Positions 47,446-57,729 of a stretch of DNA of 64,000 nucleotides are shown one piece after another; positions within the stretch are counted from its first letter, which is position 1; each line of letters begins with the position of its first letter. The notes under the pieces are model-generated. The model was not told the DNA's origin. It searched no databases and was given only the letters and a program-made list of their open reading frames with translations. This DNA is from an uncultured Solirubrobacterales bacterium (lineage in GTDB: Bacteria > Actinomycetota > Thermoleophilia > Solirubrobacterales > 70-9): the NCBI GenBank assembly GCA_963728045.1, contig CAVSIE010000003.1:2231-66230 (forward strand), written 5' to 3'. The translations under genes and the position numbers were made by a program.

Positions 47446-48648
47446 CTAGGCGGCGGCGAGCGCCGGCGACTCGGAGGGCCGTGCGGGGGTGATCTCCAGC
47501 TCCCGTGCCGCGGCGCCGACCAGCTTCGCCGCCCGCTCCAGCTCACCGCTGCGGTGGGTCGCCATCGCGGTGAAGCGCAGCCGCGAGGAGCCCTCGGGCA
47601 CCGTCGGCGGGCGGATTCCCTGTGCGAAGACCCCACGCTCGAGCGCCCGTTCGCTCAACTCCATCGTCGGCGCGGCGTCACCGATCTCCACCGGGACGAT
47701 CTGGGTCGATGAGCCGCCCACGGTGAGGCCCTCGCCGGCGAGCGCGTTGCGCAGCGTCTCCGCGTTGGCCTGCAGGCGCTCGACCCGGTGGGGATGGGAC
47801 TCGAGCAACTCCAGCGCGGCCAGCGCCGCGGCGGCCGCGGTCGGCGGCGGCGCCGTCGAGAAGATGAAGGGACGGGCGGTGTTGAGGAGGTACTCGACCA
47901 GCTCTCCGCTCCCACAGACATAGGCCCCGTAGGAGCCCAGCGCCTTTCCGAGCGTGCCGACGACGACATCGACCTCCTCGCTGAGACCGGCGGCGGCGAC
48001 CGAGCCGCGGCCGCCCGGGCCGAGCGCGCCGGTGGCGTGCGCCTCGTCGACCATCAGCCTGCACCCGTGCCGGCGGGCCAGCACCACCAGTTGCTCCAGC
48101 GGCGCCACGTCGCCGTCCATCGAGAAGACGCCGTCGGTGACGACCAGCGAGGCCCGCTCGCCGGCCTCGCGCAGCCCCCAGGCGAGGTGCTCGAGGTCGC
48201 CGTGGCGGTAGACGAAGGTCTCGGCGCGGGAGAGGCGGCAGCCGTCGACGATGCTGGCGTGGTTGAGCTCGTCGGAGAAGACCACCTCATCACGCCCGGC
48301 AAGCGCTGCGATCGTGCCGGTGTTCGCCAGGTAGCCGGAGCCGAACAGCAGCGAGGCCTCGTAGCCCTTGAACTCGGCGAGCCGCTCCTCGAGGCTGCGA
48401 TGCGGCTGCATGTTGCCGGAGATCAGCCGCGAGGCGCCGGCGCCGGCTCCCCAGCGCATCGCCGCCTCGGCCGCGGCGCCGCGGACACGCGGGTGGTCGG
48501 CCAGCCCCAGGTAGTTGTTCGAGCAGAGCAGCAGCACCGGCCGCCCGTCGAGCAGCACGCGCGGTCCTTGCGGGCCGCTGACGAGTCGCAGCCGCCGATG
48601 GAGCCCCTGGTCGCGGAGCTCCTCCAGCCGATCTGCGATGTCGGTCAT
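47446..48648 (-). CDS. bioF: 8-amino-7-oxononanoate synthase
   Basis: SNNYLGL, DEAHATG, TLGKALGSYG (PLP lysine). Confidence 0.9.
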   Translation of the reverse strand: MTDIADRLEELRDQGLHRRLRLVSGPQGPRVLLDGRPVLLLCSNNYLGLADHPRVRGAAAEAAMRWGAGAGASRLISGNMQPHRSLEERLAEFKGYEASLLFGSGYLANTGTIAALAGRDEVVFSDELNHASIVDGCRLSRAETFVYRHGDLEHLAWGLREAGERASLVVTDGVFSMDGDVAPLEQLVVLARRHGCRLMVDEAHATGALGPGGRGSVAAAGLSEEVDVVVGTLGKALGSYGAYVCGSGELVEYLLNTARPFIFSTAPPPTAAAAALAALELLESHPHRVERLQANAETLRNALAGEGLTVGGSSTQIVPVEIGDAAPTMELSERALERGVFAQGIRPPTVPEGSSRLRFTAMATHRSGELERAAKLVGAAARELEITPARPSESPALAAA

Positions 48649-49769
48649 GCCGCCTGTGGGTAAGGCGGGGGCTTCTTGGTCTTCTTGATCACCCGCAGCT
48701 GGGTCGAGGGGTCCCAGAAGTTGGCCTCGTCCTGGCGGTCGATCAGCTCGTCGACAGGCGTCGCCGGCGCATCGCCCTCAAGCCAGCCGGAGCGGTTGTC
48801 GGGGCGGGGGTTGGCGCCGTTGTCGGGCTGGCGGGCCACGTTCAGGCCCAGCTCCTCGAACATCGCCCGGTCCTCCTCCGGCTCGGCGCCGAGGGTGGTG
48901 AGGAAGTTGCCCATCATCACTCCGTTGAGCCCCGCCTTGACCGCCAGTGGTTGCAGGTCGCCGAGGTTCTCGACCCGGCCGCCGCAGAGGCGGAAGAGCG
49001 CGCCGGGGATGACCAGGCGGAAGACCGCCACCCACTTGACCACCTCCCAGGCGTCCATCAGGGGCCTGTCGCCGAACTTGGTGCCCTCACGCGGGTTGAG
49101 CAGGTTGATCGGCACCGAGGTCGGGTTCAGCTCGGTGAGCTCGAAGGCCATCTCGACCCGCTGCCGCGGCGACTCGCCGAGGTTGAGGATGCCGCCGACG
49201 CAGGTCTCCAGGCCGGCCTCCTTGACCGCGTCGATCGTCCGCAGCCTGCCCTCGTAGCGGACCGTGGTCGTGACCTCGGGGTAGTAGGAGCGGGCCGACT
49301 CGACGTTGTGGTGGACGCGCTGGACTCCTGCCTCCTTCAGCTGTTTGGCTCGCTCCCCCGACATGTGGCCGATCGAGGCGCAGCGCTTCAGGTTGGTCTG
49401 CTCGGCGACCAGCCTCGTCCCTTCGAGGATCTTCTGGAAGTCCCGTTTGGAGAGCCCCTGCCCCTGGGTGACCATGCAGAAACGATGGGCGCCCGCGGCC
49501 TCGGCCGCCTTGGCATGCTCGAGGATCTGCTCGGGCTCCATCATCGCGTGCATCGGCGTGTCCGCCTCGGCGTAGCGCGACTGGGCGCAGAAGCCGCAGT
49601 CCTCGGCGCAGCCGCCCGACTTGGCGTTGACCAGCGAGCACATGTCGGTGGAGTCGCCGAAGTTCTCTTTGCGCACCTGCCAGGCACGCTCGACCAGCGT
49701 GCCGATCTCCTCGTGGCTGGACAGTTCGCCCAGCGACAGGGCTTCGTCGAACGAGATCAGGGAAGGCAT
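48645..49769 (-). CDS. bioB: Biotin synthase (radical SAM)
   Basis: CAEDCGFCAQS CxxxCxxC motif, with a C-terminal extension. Confidence 0.9.
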   Translation of the reverse strand: MPSLISFDEALSLGELSSHEEIGTLVERAWQVRKENFGDSTDMCSLVNAKSGGCAEDCGFCAQSRYAEADTPMHAMMEPEQILEHAKAAEAAGAHRFCMVTQGQGLSKRDFQKILEGTRLVAEQTNLKRCASIGHMSGERAKQLKEAGVQRVHHNVESARSYYPEVTTTVRYEGRLRTIDAVKEAGLETCVGGILNLGESPRQRVEMAFELTELNPTSVPINLLNPREGTKFGDRPLMDAWEVVKWVAVFRLVIPGALFRLCGGRVENLGDLQPLAVKAGLNGVMMGNFLTTLGAEPEEDRAMFEELGLNVARQPDNGANPRPDNRSGWLEGDAPATPVDELIDRQDEANFWDPSTQLRVIKKTKKPPPYPQAA

Positions 49770-49822
49770 TCGGGCGCAAGGCTAGGAATTGAGCCGGACG
49801 TGCCGGCGACTAGCCTCACGGG

Positions 49823-50926
49823 ATGAAGAGACGCAGGCAGATCGCCCTGGTGGCGTGCTGCGCGCTCGCCGCGGGCGCCTTCGCTTTTGGCGTCACGCTG
49901 GGCGATGGGGCAGCGCCGCCGCGACCGAGCGTCGCCAGCCAGCTCACACCTGAGCGGCTCGCCGGCCAGCGGATCGTCGTCGGGTTTTCCGGCGTGGAAG
50001 CTCCTCGCCCGGTCAAGTGGATGATCCGCGAGGGCCGTGTCGCAGGGGTGATCCTCTTCGACGAGAACCTCGCCGGTCGCAATGCCGACCGCCGGCTCAT
50101 ACGCCGCCTGCAGTCGGTTCCACGGCCGCCCGGCCTGCGCGACCCGCTGCTGGTGATGATCGACCAGGAGGGTGGGCTGGTGAAGAGGGTCGGCGGCGCG
50201 CCGACCGCCTCCGCCCGCGAGATGGGCGCGCGCGGCGCCGCCTTCAGCCGCGCGCAGGGGCTGCGCACGGCGCGCAACCTGCGCAACCTCGGCGTCAACG
50301 TCGACCTGGCGCCGGTCCTCGACGTCGCCCGCCCCGGCGGCACGATCGCCGAGACCGAACGCGGCTTCGGCTCGAGCGCCGAGCAGGTGGAGAAGACCGC
50401 TGTGCCCTTCGCCGCAGGGCTGCAGGATGGTGGGGTGGCGGCAACGGCGAAGCACTTTCCCGGGCTCGGCGCGGCCCGCCTCAACACCGACTTCGCGGTC
50501 GAACGAGTCGATCTCTCCAGGCAGGAGCTGCGACAGGTCGACGAGGCGCCCTACAGGCGATTCATCGCGGGCGGCGGCGAGCTGGTGATGCTGAGCACTG
50601 CGATCTACCCTGCTTTCTCACCCAGGCCCGCCGCCTTCGCCCGCTCGGTAGCGACCGGCGAGCTGCGCGGCCGGCTCGGCTTCGACGGTGTCTCGATCAC
50701 TGACGCTCTCGAGACCGTCGCCGTGCGCGACTTCGGCGGCTCGGCCAAGGCCGCCCTGGCGGCGGCGGGCGCCGGCGTCGACCTTCTCCTCTTCACCGAC
50801 TACAGGGCTGGCGCCCAGGCCCAGCGCGCCCTGGGGCGCCGAATCCGCACTCGGGCGGTCGTTCGGGTCGCCGCGGAAGACTCGGTGAGCCGCATCCTGC
50901 GCCTGCGTCACCATCTCGCCCGCTAG
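49823..50926 (+). CDS. Secreted glycoside hydrolase family 3 N-terminal domain protein (NagZ-like)
   Basis: Signal peptide, then LLVMIDQEGGLV, NVDLAPVLDV and KHFPGLG. Confidence 0.75.
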   Translation: MKRRRQIALVACCALAAGAFAFGVTLGDGAAPPRPSVASQLTPERLAGQRIVVGFSGVEAPRPVKWMIREGRVAGVILFDENLAGRNADRRLIRRLQSVPRPPGLRDPLLVMIDQEGGLVKRVGGAPTASAREMGARGAAFSRAQGLRTARNLRNLGVNVDLAPVLDVARPGGTIAETERGFGSSAEQVEKTAVPFAAGLQDGGVAATAKHFPGLGAARLNTDFAVERVDLSRQELRQVDEAPYRRFIAGGGELVMLSTAIYPAFSPRPAAFARSVATGELRGRLGFDGVSITDALETVAVRDFGGSAKAALAAAGAGVDLLLFTDYRAGAQAQRALGRRIRTRAVVRVAAEDSVSRILRLRHHLAR

Positions 50927-50943
50927 ACGCGCGCGGAGCCGCC

Positions 50944-51591
50944 TTACTCGACCGGCGTCGCCGCCAGCGACTCCCAGAGGTAGAGCGAGGCGAGGCTGCG
51001 GTGGGGGCGCCAGGGCTCGCCGATCTCCAGCACCTGGGCTGGGGGAGGCATCTCCTCCAGCTCGTACTCGACCTGCACCGCCTTGCGGATGCCGAGGTCG
51101 CCGCCGGAGAGCACGTCCGGGCGCTCGAGGTGGAAGAGCAGGAACATCTCGGCGGTCCACTGGCCGAGGCCGCGGACGGCGACGATCTCCTCGATCACCT
51201 CCTCGTCGGGGAGCCGGTCCAGCCGGTCGACCTCGAGCTCGCCGGCGATCACATGGGAGGCGAGGTCGCGGACATATTCGACCTTGCGCCCGGAGAGGCC
51301 GGCGCCGCGCAGGTCCTGCTCACTGGCTTCGAGCAGCTCCTCCGGGCTCGGCGTGCGGCCGCCGAAGATCTCGATCACGCGGCCGTAGATCGTCCGCGCC
51401 GCCTTGGTCGAGAGCTGCTGGCCGACGATCGCCCGCAGCAGCGCCCCGTAGGCGTCGGCGGGCCGCTCCTCGCTGCGCCGTTTCAGCCGCGTCTTCACGT
51501 CGAGCTTGCCGATTCGCTCGATCAGGTCCGCCATCACGGGGTCGGAGGCGCTCAGCGCTTTGCGGGCGGCTGCGCTCACTTCCCCTGCCAT
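50944..51591 (-). CDS. HhH-GPD DNA glycosylase (AlkA-like 3-methyladenine glycosylase II)
   Basis: IVGQQLSTKAARTIYGR, VRGLGQWTAEMFLLF, GDLGIRKA. Confidence 0.75.
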   Translation of the reverse strand: MAGEVSAAARKALSASDPVMADLIERIGKLDVKTRLKRRSEERPADAYGALLRAIVGQQLSTKAARTIYGRVIEIFGGRTPSPEELLEASEQDLRGAGLSGRKVEYVRDLASHVIAGELEVDRLDRLPDEEVIEEIVAVRGLGQWTAEMFLLFHLERPDVLSGGDLGIRKAVQVEYELEEMPPPAQVLEIGEPWRPHRSLASLYLWESLAATPVE

Positions 51592-52382
51592 TCCGGCTTG
51601 CGTTTCTCGGCGAAGGCGCGGATCCCCTCGCGCAGGTCCTCGGAGGAGAAGCAGGACTCGCGGAGGGCGATCAGGCCGGCCTCTTGCTGCTCGGTGAGCA
51701 CGGGGGAGGCGTTGAGCAGCTCGATCGCGCTCTTGTTGCCGCGCATCGAGAGCGGCGCGTTGGCGGCGACTTCGGCGGCCAGCGCGACCGAGAGCTCCTC
51801 GAGCCGCTCGCCGGCGACGACTTCGTGGACCAGCCCGATCTCCGCGGCGCGGGTGGCCTCGAAGTTGCGCCCGGTCAGGAACAGCTCCTTGGTCCGCGCC
51901 AGGCCGACCGTGTCGAGGAACTTGCGCAGCCCGGTGTGGCCGTAGACGAGGCCGAGCTTTGCCGGCGGCATTCCCAGCTTGGCACCGGTGGCGCAGATCC
52001 GCAGGTCGCAGGTGATCGCCAGCTCCAGCCCGCCGCCGAGGCAATGGCCGTTGATCGCGGCGACCGTCGGCCAGGGGTGGGCGGCGAGCGCCTCCAGGGC
52101 GCGGTGGAAGGGGTGGGCGACGAGCGCCTCGGCATCCCGCTCGAAGGTCTCGGCGGGGAAGGAGGCGATGTCGTAACCCGCCGAGAAGACCGGCGGCGCG
52201 CCGGTGATCAACAGGCAGCGGGTCTCGATGCCGCGGTCGAGGCGCGGCAGGGTCTCGGCCAGCGCGTCGAGGATCTCGTGGTCGAGCGCGTTGCGGCGCT
52301 CGGGGTTGGAGAGGCGGATGCGGACGACCGCCTCGGCCGGGGAGTCGAGCAGGAGCTTGCCGCCGGCGAGCTGCTCGCTCAC
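51576..52382 (-). CDS. Enoyl-CoA hydratase/isomerase family protein
   Basis: NPERRNAL, ITGAPPVFSAGYD, NGHCLGGGLELAITCDLR, EGIRAFAEKRKPEW. Confidence 0.8.
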   Translation of the reverse strand: MSEQLAGGKLLLDSPAEAVVRIRLSNPERRNALDHEILDALAETLPRLDRGIETRCLLITGAPPVFSAGYDIASFPAETFERDAEALVAHPFHRALEALAAHPWPTVAAINGHCLGGGLELAITCDLRICATGAKLGMPPAKLGLVYGHTGLRKFLDTVGLARTKELFLTGRNFEATRAAEIGLVHEVVAGERLEELSVALAAEVAANAPLSMRGNKSAIELLNASPVLTEQQEAGLIALRESCFSSEDLREGIRAFAEKRKPEWQGK

Positions 52383-52594
52383 TCGAGCACTACGAGGACG
52401 TCGCCTTCGCTGACCGACTGGCCCTCCTCGCAGCGGATCTCCTTGACGGTCCCGTCGTCCTCGGCCTCGACCGGGATCTCCATCTTCATCGACTCGAGGA
52501 TGACGACGGTGTCGCCGTCTTCGACTTCGTCGCCGACCGCCACCTCGACTTTCCAGACGTTGCCGGTGATGTGCGCCTCGATGTCAGTGCTCAT
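52379..52594 (-). CDS. Small biotin/lipoyl-attachment carrier protein (BCCP-like)
   Basis: 71 aa with the ILESMKMEIPV biotinyl-lysine motif. The longer ORF-track N-terminus is rejected. Confidence 0.75.
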   Translation of the reverse strand: MSTDIEAHITGNVWKVEVAVGDEVEDGDTVVILESMKMEIPVEAEDDGTVKEIRCEEGQSVSEGDVLVVLE

Positions 52595-52739
52595 GTCGGC
52601 CGTCCTGTTCGTTTCTGGACGTGCGAGAACCGAGCATGGCGAGGACGCAGGGAGCGAAGCGTGCTGTAAGCACGCGAGCGACTGAGGACAAAGCCAGGCG
52701 AAGGTTCGCAGCCGTCCAGGGGCGGACAGGGCTGTCGAC

Positions 52740-53474
52740 ATGAGCACCTCATGGGCGGGGACAATATCCGCCGTGCAGGACTCCCTTGCCGTGATCGTCG
52801 CCGCCCGCAACGAGGCGGACCGGGTCGGCGCCACGGTCGCGGCGTTGCGCGAGGCTTTCCCCGGCGCGGCGATCTGGGTCGCCGACGACGCCTCTGACGA
52901 CGGCACCGCGGAGACGGCGCTGGCGGCCGGGGCCCAGGTGGTCAGCCGCGGCCGTCCGCACGGCAAGGGCGCCAACGTGACGGCGGCGGCCGAGGCGGCG
53001 CTGGGCGCCGATCCCGCGCCGCGGCTCTTCCTGCTCTGTGACGGCGACCTCGGCGCCTCGGCGGGCAGGCTGGCGCCCCTGGTCGAGGCGGTCGAGGACG
53101 GCGAGTGCGACCTCGCCGTCGCCGCCTTCGCCCGCCGGGTTGGCGGTGGCTTCGGCGTTGCCCTGGGCTTCGCCCGCTGGGCAATCCGTCGCCGCTGCGG
53201 CCTGGAGGCGACCGCGCCGATCTCCGGCCAGCGGGCGATGCGGGTCGAGGCCCTATGCGCGGCGCTTCCCTTTGCCCGTGGCTACGGGATGGAGGTGGGG
53301 ATGACGATCGACGCCGTCCGCGCCGGCTACCGGCTGCGCGAGTACGAGCTCGACCTCAGCCACCGTGCCACTGGCCGCTCCGCAGCCGGCTTCCTCCACC
53401 GGGGCCGCCAGCTGCGCGATTTCGCCCGGGTGTACTTCGTCAAGGGGGGAGAGCCTCGACGCTCTGGCTCTTAG
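52740..53474 (+). CDS. Family 2 glycosyltransferase
   Basis: LAVIVAARNEADRVGATV...VADDASDDGT...LCDGD (DxD). Confidence 0.7.
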   Translation: MSTSWAGTISAVQDSLAVIVAARNEADRVGATVAALREAFPGAAIWVADDASDDGTAETALAAGAQVVSRGRPHGKGANVTAAAEAALGADPAPRLFLLCDGDLGASAGRLAPLVEAVEDGECDLAVAAFARRVGGGFGVALGFARWAIRRRCGLEATAPISGQRAMRVEALCAALPFARGYGMEVGMTIDAVRAGYRLREYELDLSHRATGRSAAGFLHRGRQLRDFARVYFVKGGEPRRSGS

Positions 53475-53540
53475 GTGGGCATGAGCCAATCTGTCGCCCC
53501 CGCTCCTGCTACCTTTACCTCAACCACTCTAGGTAAAGCA

Positions 53541-53759
53541 ATGCCAAAGCTCTCTCGCAAGAACCAGGTGACGATCCCCGTCGAAGTGCTGCGCAAGTCT
53601 GGCCTCGAGCCGGGGGACGAGCTGAATGTGCGGGCGGTTGGGCGGGGGCGGCTGGAGCTTGAGCGCCGCCCTGATCTGGTCAATCAGTTCGCCGGCAGCC
53701 TGCCTTCCGCATATCCACCCGGCTACCTCGAGGGGCTGCGGTCCGAGTGGGAGCGGTAG
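53541..53759 (+). CDS. vapB: AbrB/MazE-family antitoxin (VapB-like)
   Basis: MPKLSRKNQVTIPVEVLRKSGLEPGDEL, a SpoVT-AbrB fold. It overlaps the PIN gene. Confidence 0.7.
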   Translation: MPKLSRKNQVTIPVEVLRKSGLEPGDELNVRAVGRGRLELERRPDLVNQFAGSLPSAYPPGYLEGLRSEWER

Positions 53760-54112
53760 TCCTCGACGCCAGCGTCGCGATCGGCTTCCTCGATCCGACC
53801 GACGCGCATCACGAGCGCGCAGTCGCGAGCCTGCGCGAGACCGACCAGGACGAGCTGCTGATCGCGGCCAGCGCCTACAGCGAGATCCTCGTCTGGCCGC
53901 TCGCCAAAGGGCACGGCGACCTGGTCGAGGAGTTCATCGACGGCCTCCGTGTGGAGGTTGTCCCCCTAAGCCGCGAGATCGCGAGAGGCGCAGCCGAGCT
54001 GCGGGCCAAGCACCGTGCCCTGCGCCTCGCCGACGCCTTCGTGCTAGCGACGGCCCGGTACCGCGACGCTGCCCTGCTCACCTTCGACGACCGCCTGAGC
54101 CGCTTCGCGTAG
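53747..54112 (+). CDS. vapC: PIN-domain toxin VapC
   Basis: VLDASVAIGFLD..., ...LADAFVLATA..., ...LLTFDD acidic residues. Confidence 0.8.
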   Translation: MGAVVLDASVAIGFLDPTDAHHERAVASLRETDQDELLIAASAYSEILVWPLAKGHGDLVEEFIDGLRVEVVPLSREIARGAAELRAKHRALRLADAFVLATARYRDAALLTFDDRLSRFA

Positions 54113-54115
54113 GCC

Positions 54116-55558
54116 CTAGGCCGAGTGCTCCCAGGGCGCCTGCGGCCAGCCGTCGCCGGCGCGCTCGAGGGCGCCGGCCAGTTCCAGCAGGGTCGCCTCG
54201 TCGTTTTCGCGACCGAGCAGCTGGGCGCCGATCGGCAGGCTCGATGCCGTCAGCCCGGCCGGGACGCTGATCCCGGGCCAGCCGGTCACGTTCCAGGCGA
54301 AGGCGAACGGGCAGGTGGCGCTGGCAACCGTGCTGGTGCCCCAGTAGCCGCGTCCCTCGAGGGCCCCGATCCGGGGCGGCGGCTTCGCTGTGGTCGGGGT
54401 GAGGACGACGTCGAAGCGGTCGAAGACGCGGCCGACCCGGCGGCGCAGGGCGGGCTCGGCGGCGCGGGAGAGCCGCAGCGGGACTCCGCTGAGTGCCTTG
54501 CCCATCCTGGCGTGGACGCGGGTGCGCGGCTCCAGGCAGGAGCGGTCCTCGACGTTGGCGTTGAGCCAGGCGTCGACCCCGGCCATGCCGCGGGGGATGA
54601 TCGCCGGGCCGACGAGGCCGTAGTCGGGATCGGCCGGCGTGACGTCGTGGCCGAGCTCGGCGAGCCGGTCAGCCGTCGCTTCGATCGCGCGGCGGTGCTC
54701 GTCGTCGACGGCGCCGGAGAGACCGAAGGGGGTGGCGAAGGAAACCGCGACGCGCAGGCGGCGCGGCTCGCGGGCGGCCGTCTCCGAGAACGGCTCCGCC
54801 GGCACCGGCGGGCGGTGGAGGTCGGCCGGCACGTTGCCGTGGATCGCGTCGAGGAGCAGGGCCGCGTCGGCGACGTTTCGCGCCAGCGGCCCGTAACAGC
54901 TGAGTCCGTTGAAGGCCTCTGCGTCCGGCCAGGTGGAGACGCGACCGCGCTGGGGCTTGAGGCCGATCAGGCCGGTCCAGGCTGCGGGGATGCGGATCGA
55001 GCCCGCCCCGTCCGAGCCGACGGCGGCGGCCACGATTCCGGCGGCTACCGCAGCCGCCGCGCCACCGCTGGAACCGCCGGGCGTGTGATCGGTGTTCCAG
55101 GGGTTGCGGGTGGCGCCGTAGGTCGGGGTCTCGGTGAAGTGCCACTGGCCGACCTCCGGGGCGTGGGTCTTGCCGATCACGATCGCCCCCGCCTCGCGCA
55201 ACCGCCGCACCATCTCTGCGTCACGTACTGCGGCCTCATGCTCTCCTGCGCACCCGAAGGGGGAGGTACACCCGGTCAGGTGGACGTCGTCCTTGATCGC
55301 CACCGGGACCCCGAGCAGCGGCGCCCCGTTCCCTTCGCCGAGCCGGGCATCTGCCGCGTCGGCCTCTGCCAGGGCCTCCTCTGCGCGCAGCAGGCGGAAG
55401 GCGTTGAGGTCCGGCTGCGCTGCCCCCGCCCGCTCCAGCGCGGTCTCGACCAGTTCGCGGGAGGACACCTCGCCCGCGACCAACAGTGCTGCCTGCTCGG
55501 CCAGCCCGTGAGCCTCGCTCGCGGTCTCCGGCGTTTTCGAAATCGTCTCGCTGGGCAT
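54116..55558 (-). CDS. Amidase-signature family amidase
   Basis: GGSSGGAAAAVAAG and the Ser-cisSer-Lys context. Confidence 0.85.
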   Translation of the reverse strand: MPSETISKTPETASEAHGLAEQAALLVAGEVSSRELVETALERAGAAQPDLNAFRLLRAEEALAEADAADARLGEGNGAPLLGVPVAIKDDVHLTGCTSPFGCAGEHEAAVRDAEMVRRLREAGAIVIGKTHAPEVGQWHFTETPTYGATRNPWNTDHTPGGSSGGAAAAVAAGIVAAAVGSDGAGSIRIPAAWTGLIGLKPQRGRVSTWPDAEAFNGLSCYGPLARNVADAALLLDAIHGNVPADLHRPPVPAEPFSETAAREPRRLRVAVSFATPFGLSGAVDDEHRRAIEATADRLAELGHDVTPADPDYGLVGPAIIPRGMAGVDAWLNANVEDRSCLEPRTRVHARMGKALSGVPLRLSRAAEPALRRRVGRVFDRFDVVLTPTTAKPPPRIGALEGRGYWGTSTVASATCPFAFAWNVTGWPGISVPAGLTASSLPIGAQLLGRENDEATLLELAGALERAGDGWPQAPWEHSA

Positions 55559-55624
55559 GGGGCCTCCTCGCAGGCACTAGTTCGTTCGAACGAACAATAA
55601 GCTAAACGAGTACTCTGGCGCAGC

Positions 55625-56200
55625 TTGACTCCCGCAACCGCCACCGACACCCGAGACCGCATCCTCCGCACCACGCTCGAGCTGATCGGGCGCGAGGGGA
55701 TAGCCGCGGTCACCAACCGCAGCGTCGCCGCGGCGGCCGGCGTCTCTCTCGGCTCGCTCACGTACCACTTCGAGAGCCAGGTGGACCTGCTACGCGAGAG
55801 CCTGCTGCTGTTCGTCGGCGAGGAGGTCGAGCGGCTGGAGGCGATCGCGGCCGACATGCGCAGTCGCCGTCCCAGCGTCGAGGAGGTTGCCGGCGAAGTG
55901 GAGCGGATCGTCGAGGAATCGACCAACCGGATGCAGCAGCTGGCCGAGGTCGAGCTGCACCTGCGTGCCGCTCGTGACCCCGAGCTGCGCGACGCTTCGC
56001 GCCGCTGCTTCGAGGCGTACGAGGGTGTTGCCGCGACCGCCCTGGAGATGCTCGACGTCCCCGACCCCGAGCGCCACGCGTCCGCGGTCGTGGCGTTGCT
56101 CTACGGACTGGGATTGCGCAGGCTCGGCACCGGAGACGAAGACGCGGCCGGCACCGCCGAGGCGCTGCTGACACTCGTGCGGGGCGCGCGCCGGTCGTGA
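55625..56200 (+). CDS. TetR-family transcriptional regulator
   Basis: TRDRILRTTLELIGREGIAAVTNRSVAAAAGVSLGSLTYHF. Confidence 0.8.
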   Translation: MTPATATDTRDRILRTTLELIGREGIAAVTNRSVAAAAGVSLGSLTYHFESQVDLLRESLLLFVGEEVERLEAIAADMRSRRPSVEEVAGEVERIVEESTNRMQQLAEVELHLRAARDPELRDASRRCFEAYEGVAATALEMLDVPDPERHASAVVALLYGLGLRRLGTGDEDAAGTAEALLTLVRGARRS

Positions 56201-57669
56201 TCCTCGCGATCGACCAGGGGACGACCGGCACCACCTGCCTCGTCTTCGATGCCGAGGGGCGGATCACCGGCCGCGCCTACTCGGAGTTCGAGCAGCACTT
56301 CCCGCAGCCGGGCTGGGTCGAGCACGACGCGGGGGAGATCTGGACGACGACGCGCCGGGTGGCGATCCAGGCGATCACCGATGCGGGGATCCAGGGGGCG
56401 GAGCTGGACGCGATCGGGATCACCAACCAGCGCGAGACAGTGGTCGCCTGGGACCCGGCGAGCGGCGAGCCGGTGCACCGAGCGCTGGTCTGGCAGGACC
56501 GCCGCACGGCGGCACGCTGCGACGAGCTGCGCGCGGAGGGCCGCGAGGCGCTGGTGCGGGAGCGGACCGGCCTCACGCTGGACCCCTACTTCTCCGGGAC
56601 CAAGGTCGAGTGGCTGCTGCGAAACGTCGAGGATGCCGACCGGGCTGTCTTCGGCACGATCGATTCCTGGCTGCTCTTCAAGCTGACCGGTCGCCACGCG
56701 ACCGACTACACGAACGCCTCGCGGACGATGCTCTTCGACATCCGGCGGCTGGCCTGGGACGAGGAGCTCTGCGCGATGCTCGGCATCGACCCGCAGCGCC
56801 TGCCCGAACCCTTGCCTTCCGCTCACGTCTACGGGACGACGTCGGAGTTCGGCGGCGAGGTGCCGGTGGCCGGGATCGCCGGCGATCAGCAGGCGGCCTT
56901 GTTCGGCCAGGCCTGTCATACCGCGGGGAGCGCCAAGAACACCTACGGGACGGGCAGCTTCGTCCTGCTCAACACCGGGCCCGAGGCGCCGCAGCCGGGG
57001 GAGGGGCTGCTCGCCACGGTCGCCTGCGCTCCCGGCGAGGAAGCGGCCTATGCGCTCGAGGCCTCGATCTTCGTCACCGGCGCCGCGATCCAGTGGCTGC
57101 GCGACGGCCTCGGAATCCTCACGGAGGCGGGCGAGAGCGAGGCGATGGCCGCCTCGCTCGACGGCAACGACGGCGTCTACTTCGTACCGGCCCTGACCGG
57201 GCTCGGCTCTCCGTACTGGGACCCCTATGCGCGCGGGACCGTCGTCGGCCTCACCCGCGGCACCCGCCGCGAGCATCTGGCGCGCGCCGCGCTGGAGGCG
57301 ATCGCCTGGCAGACGGTCGACGCCGTGCGCGCCCAGGAGGCGGCCGCCGGCGAGCGGCTGGAAGAGCTGAAGGCCGACGGCGGCGCCGTCGCCAACCGCT
57401 GGCTGATGCAGTTCCAGGCCGACGTCCTCGGCGCCTCGGTCGTAGTGCCCGAGGTCTCTGAGACGACGGCGGTGGGCGCCGCCTACCTGGCCGGGATCGC
57501 GACCGGGCGCTGGAGCGGCGAGCAGGTGCGGGAGATGTGGCGGGAGGCGGCCCGCTACGAGCCGGCGATGGGGGAGGACGAGCGCGAGTCGCTGCTCCGG
57601 GAGTGGCGCCGGGCGGTCGAGCGGGCGAAGGGCTGGGCGTCTCCTGAAGCGGCGAAACCGATCGCGTAA
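56197..57669 (+). CDS. glpK: Glycerol kinase
   Basis: ILAIDQGTTGTTCLVFD, ITNQRETVVAWD, GDQQAALFGQ. Confidence 0.9.
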   Translation: MILAIDQGTTGTTCLVFDAEGRITGRAYSEFEQHFPQPGWVEHDAGEIWTTTRRVAIQAITDAGIQGAELDAIGITNQRETVVAWDPASGEPVHRALVWQDRRTAARCDELRAEGREALVRERTGLTLDPYFSGTKVEWLLRNVEDADRAVFGTIDSWLLFKLTGRHATDYTNASRTMLFDIRRLAWDEELCAMLGIDPQRLPEPLPSAHVYGTTSEFGGEVPVAGIAGDQQAALFGQACHTAGSAKNTYGTGSFVLLNTGPEAPQPGEGLLATVACAPGEEAAYALEASIFVTGAAIQWLRDGLGILTEAGESEAMAASLDGNDGVYFVPALTGLGSPYWDPYARGTVVGLTRGTRREHLARAALEAIAWQTVDAVRAQEAAAGERLEELKADGGAVANRWLMQFQADVLGASVVVPEVSETTAVGAAYLAGIATGRWSGEQVREMWREAARYEPAMGEDERESLLREWRRAVERAKGWASPEAAKPIA

Positions 57670-57729
57670 CCGTCTCGTCCGGAGGGGGTACGCACCAGCG
57701 ACGGCCGGCCCGAATCCGGCCCTGCGCCG

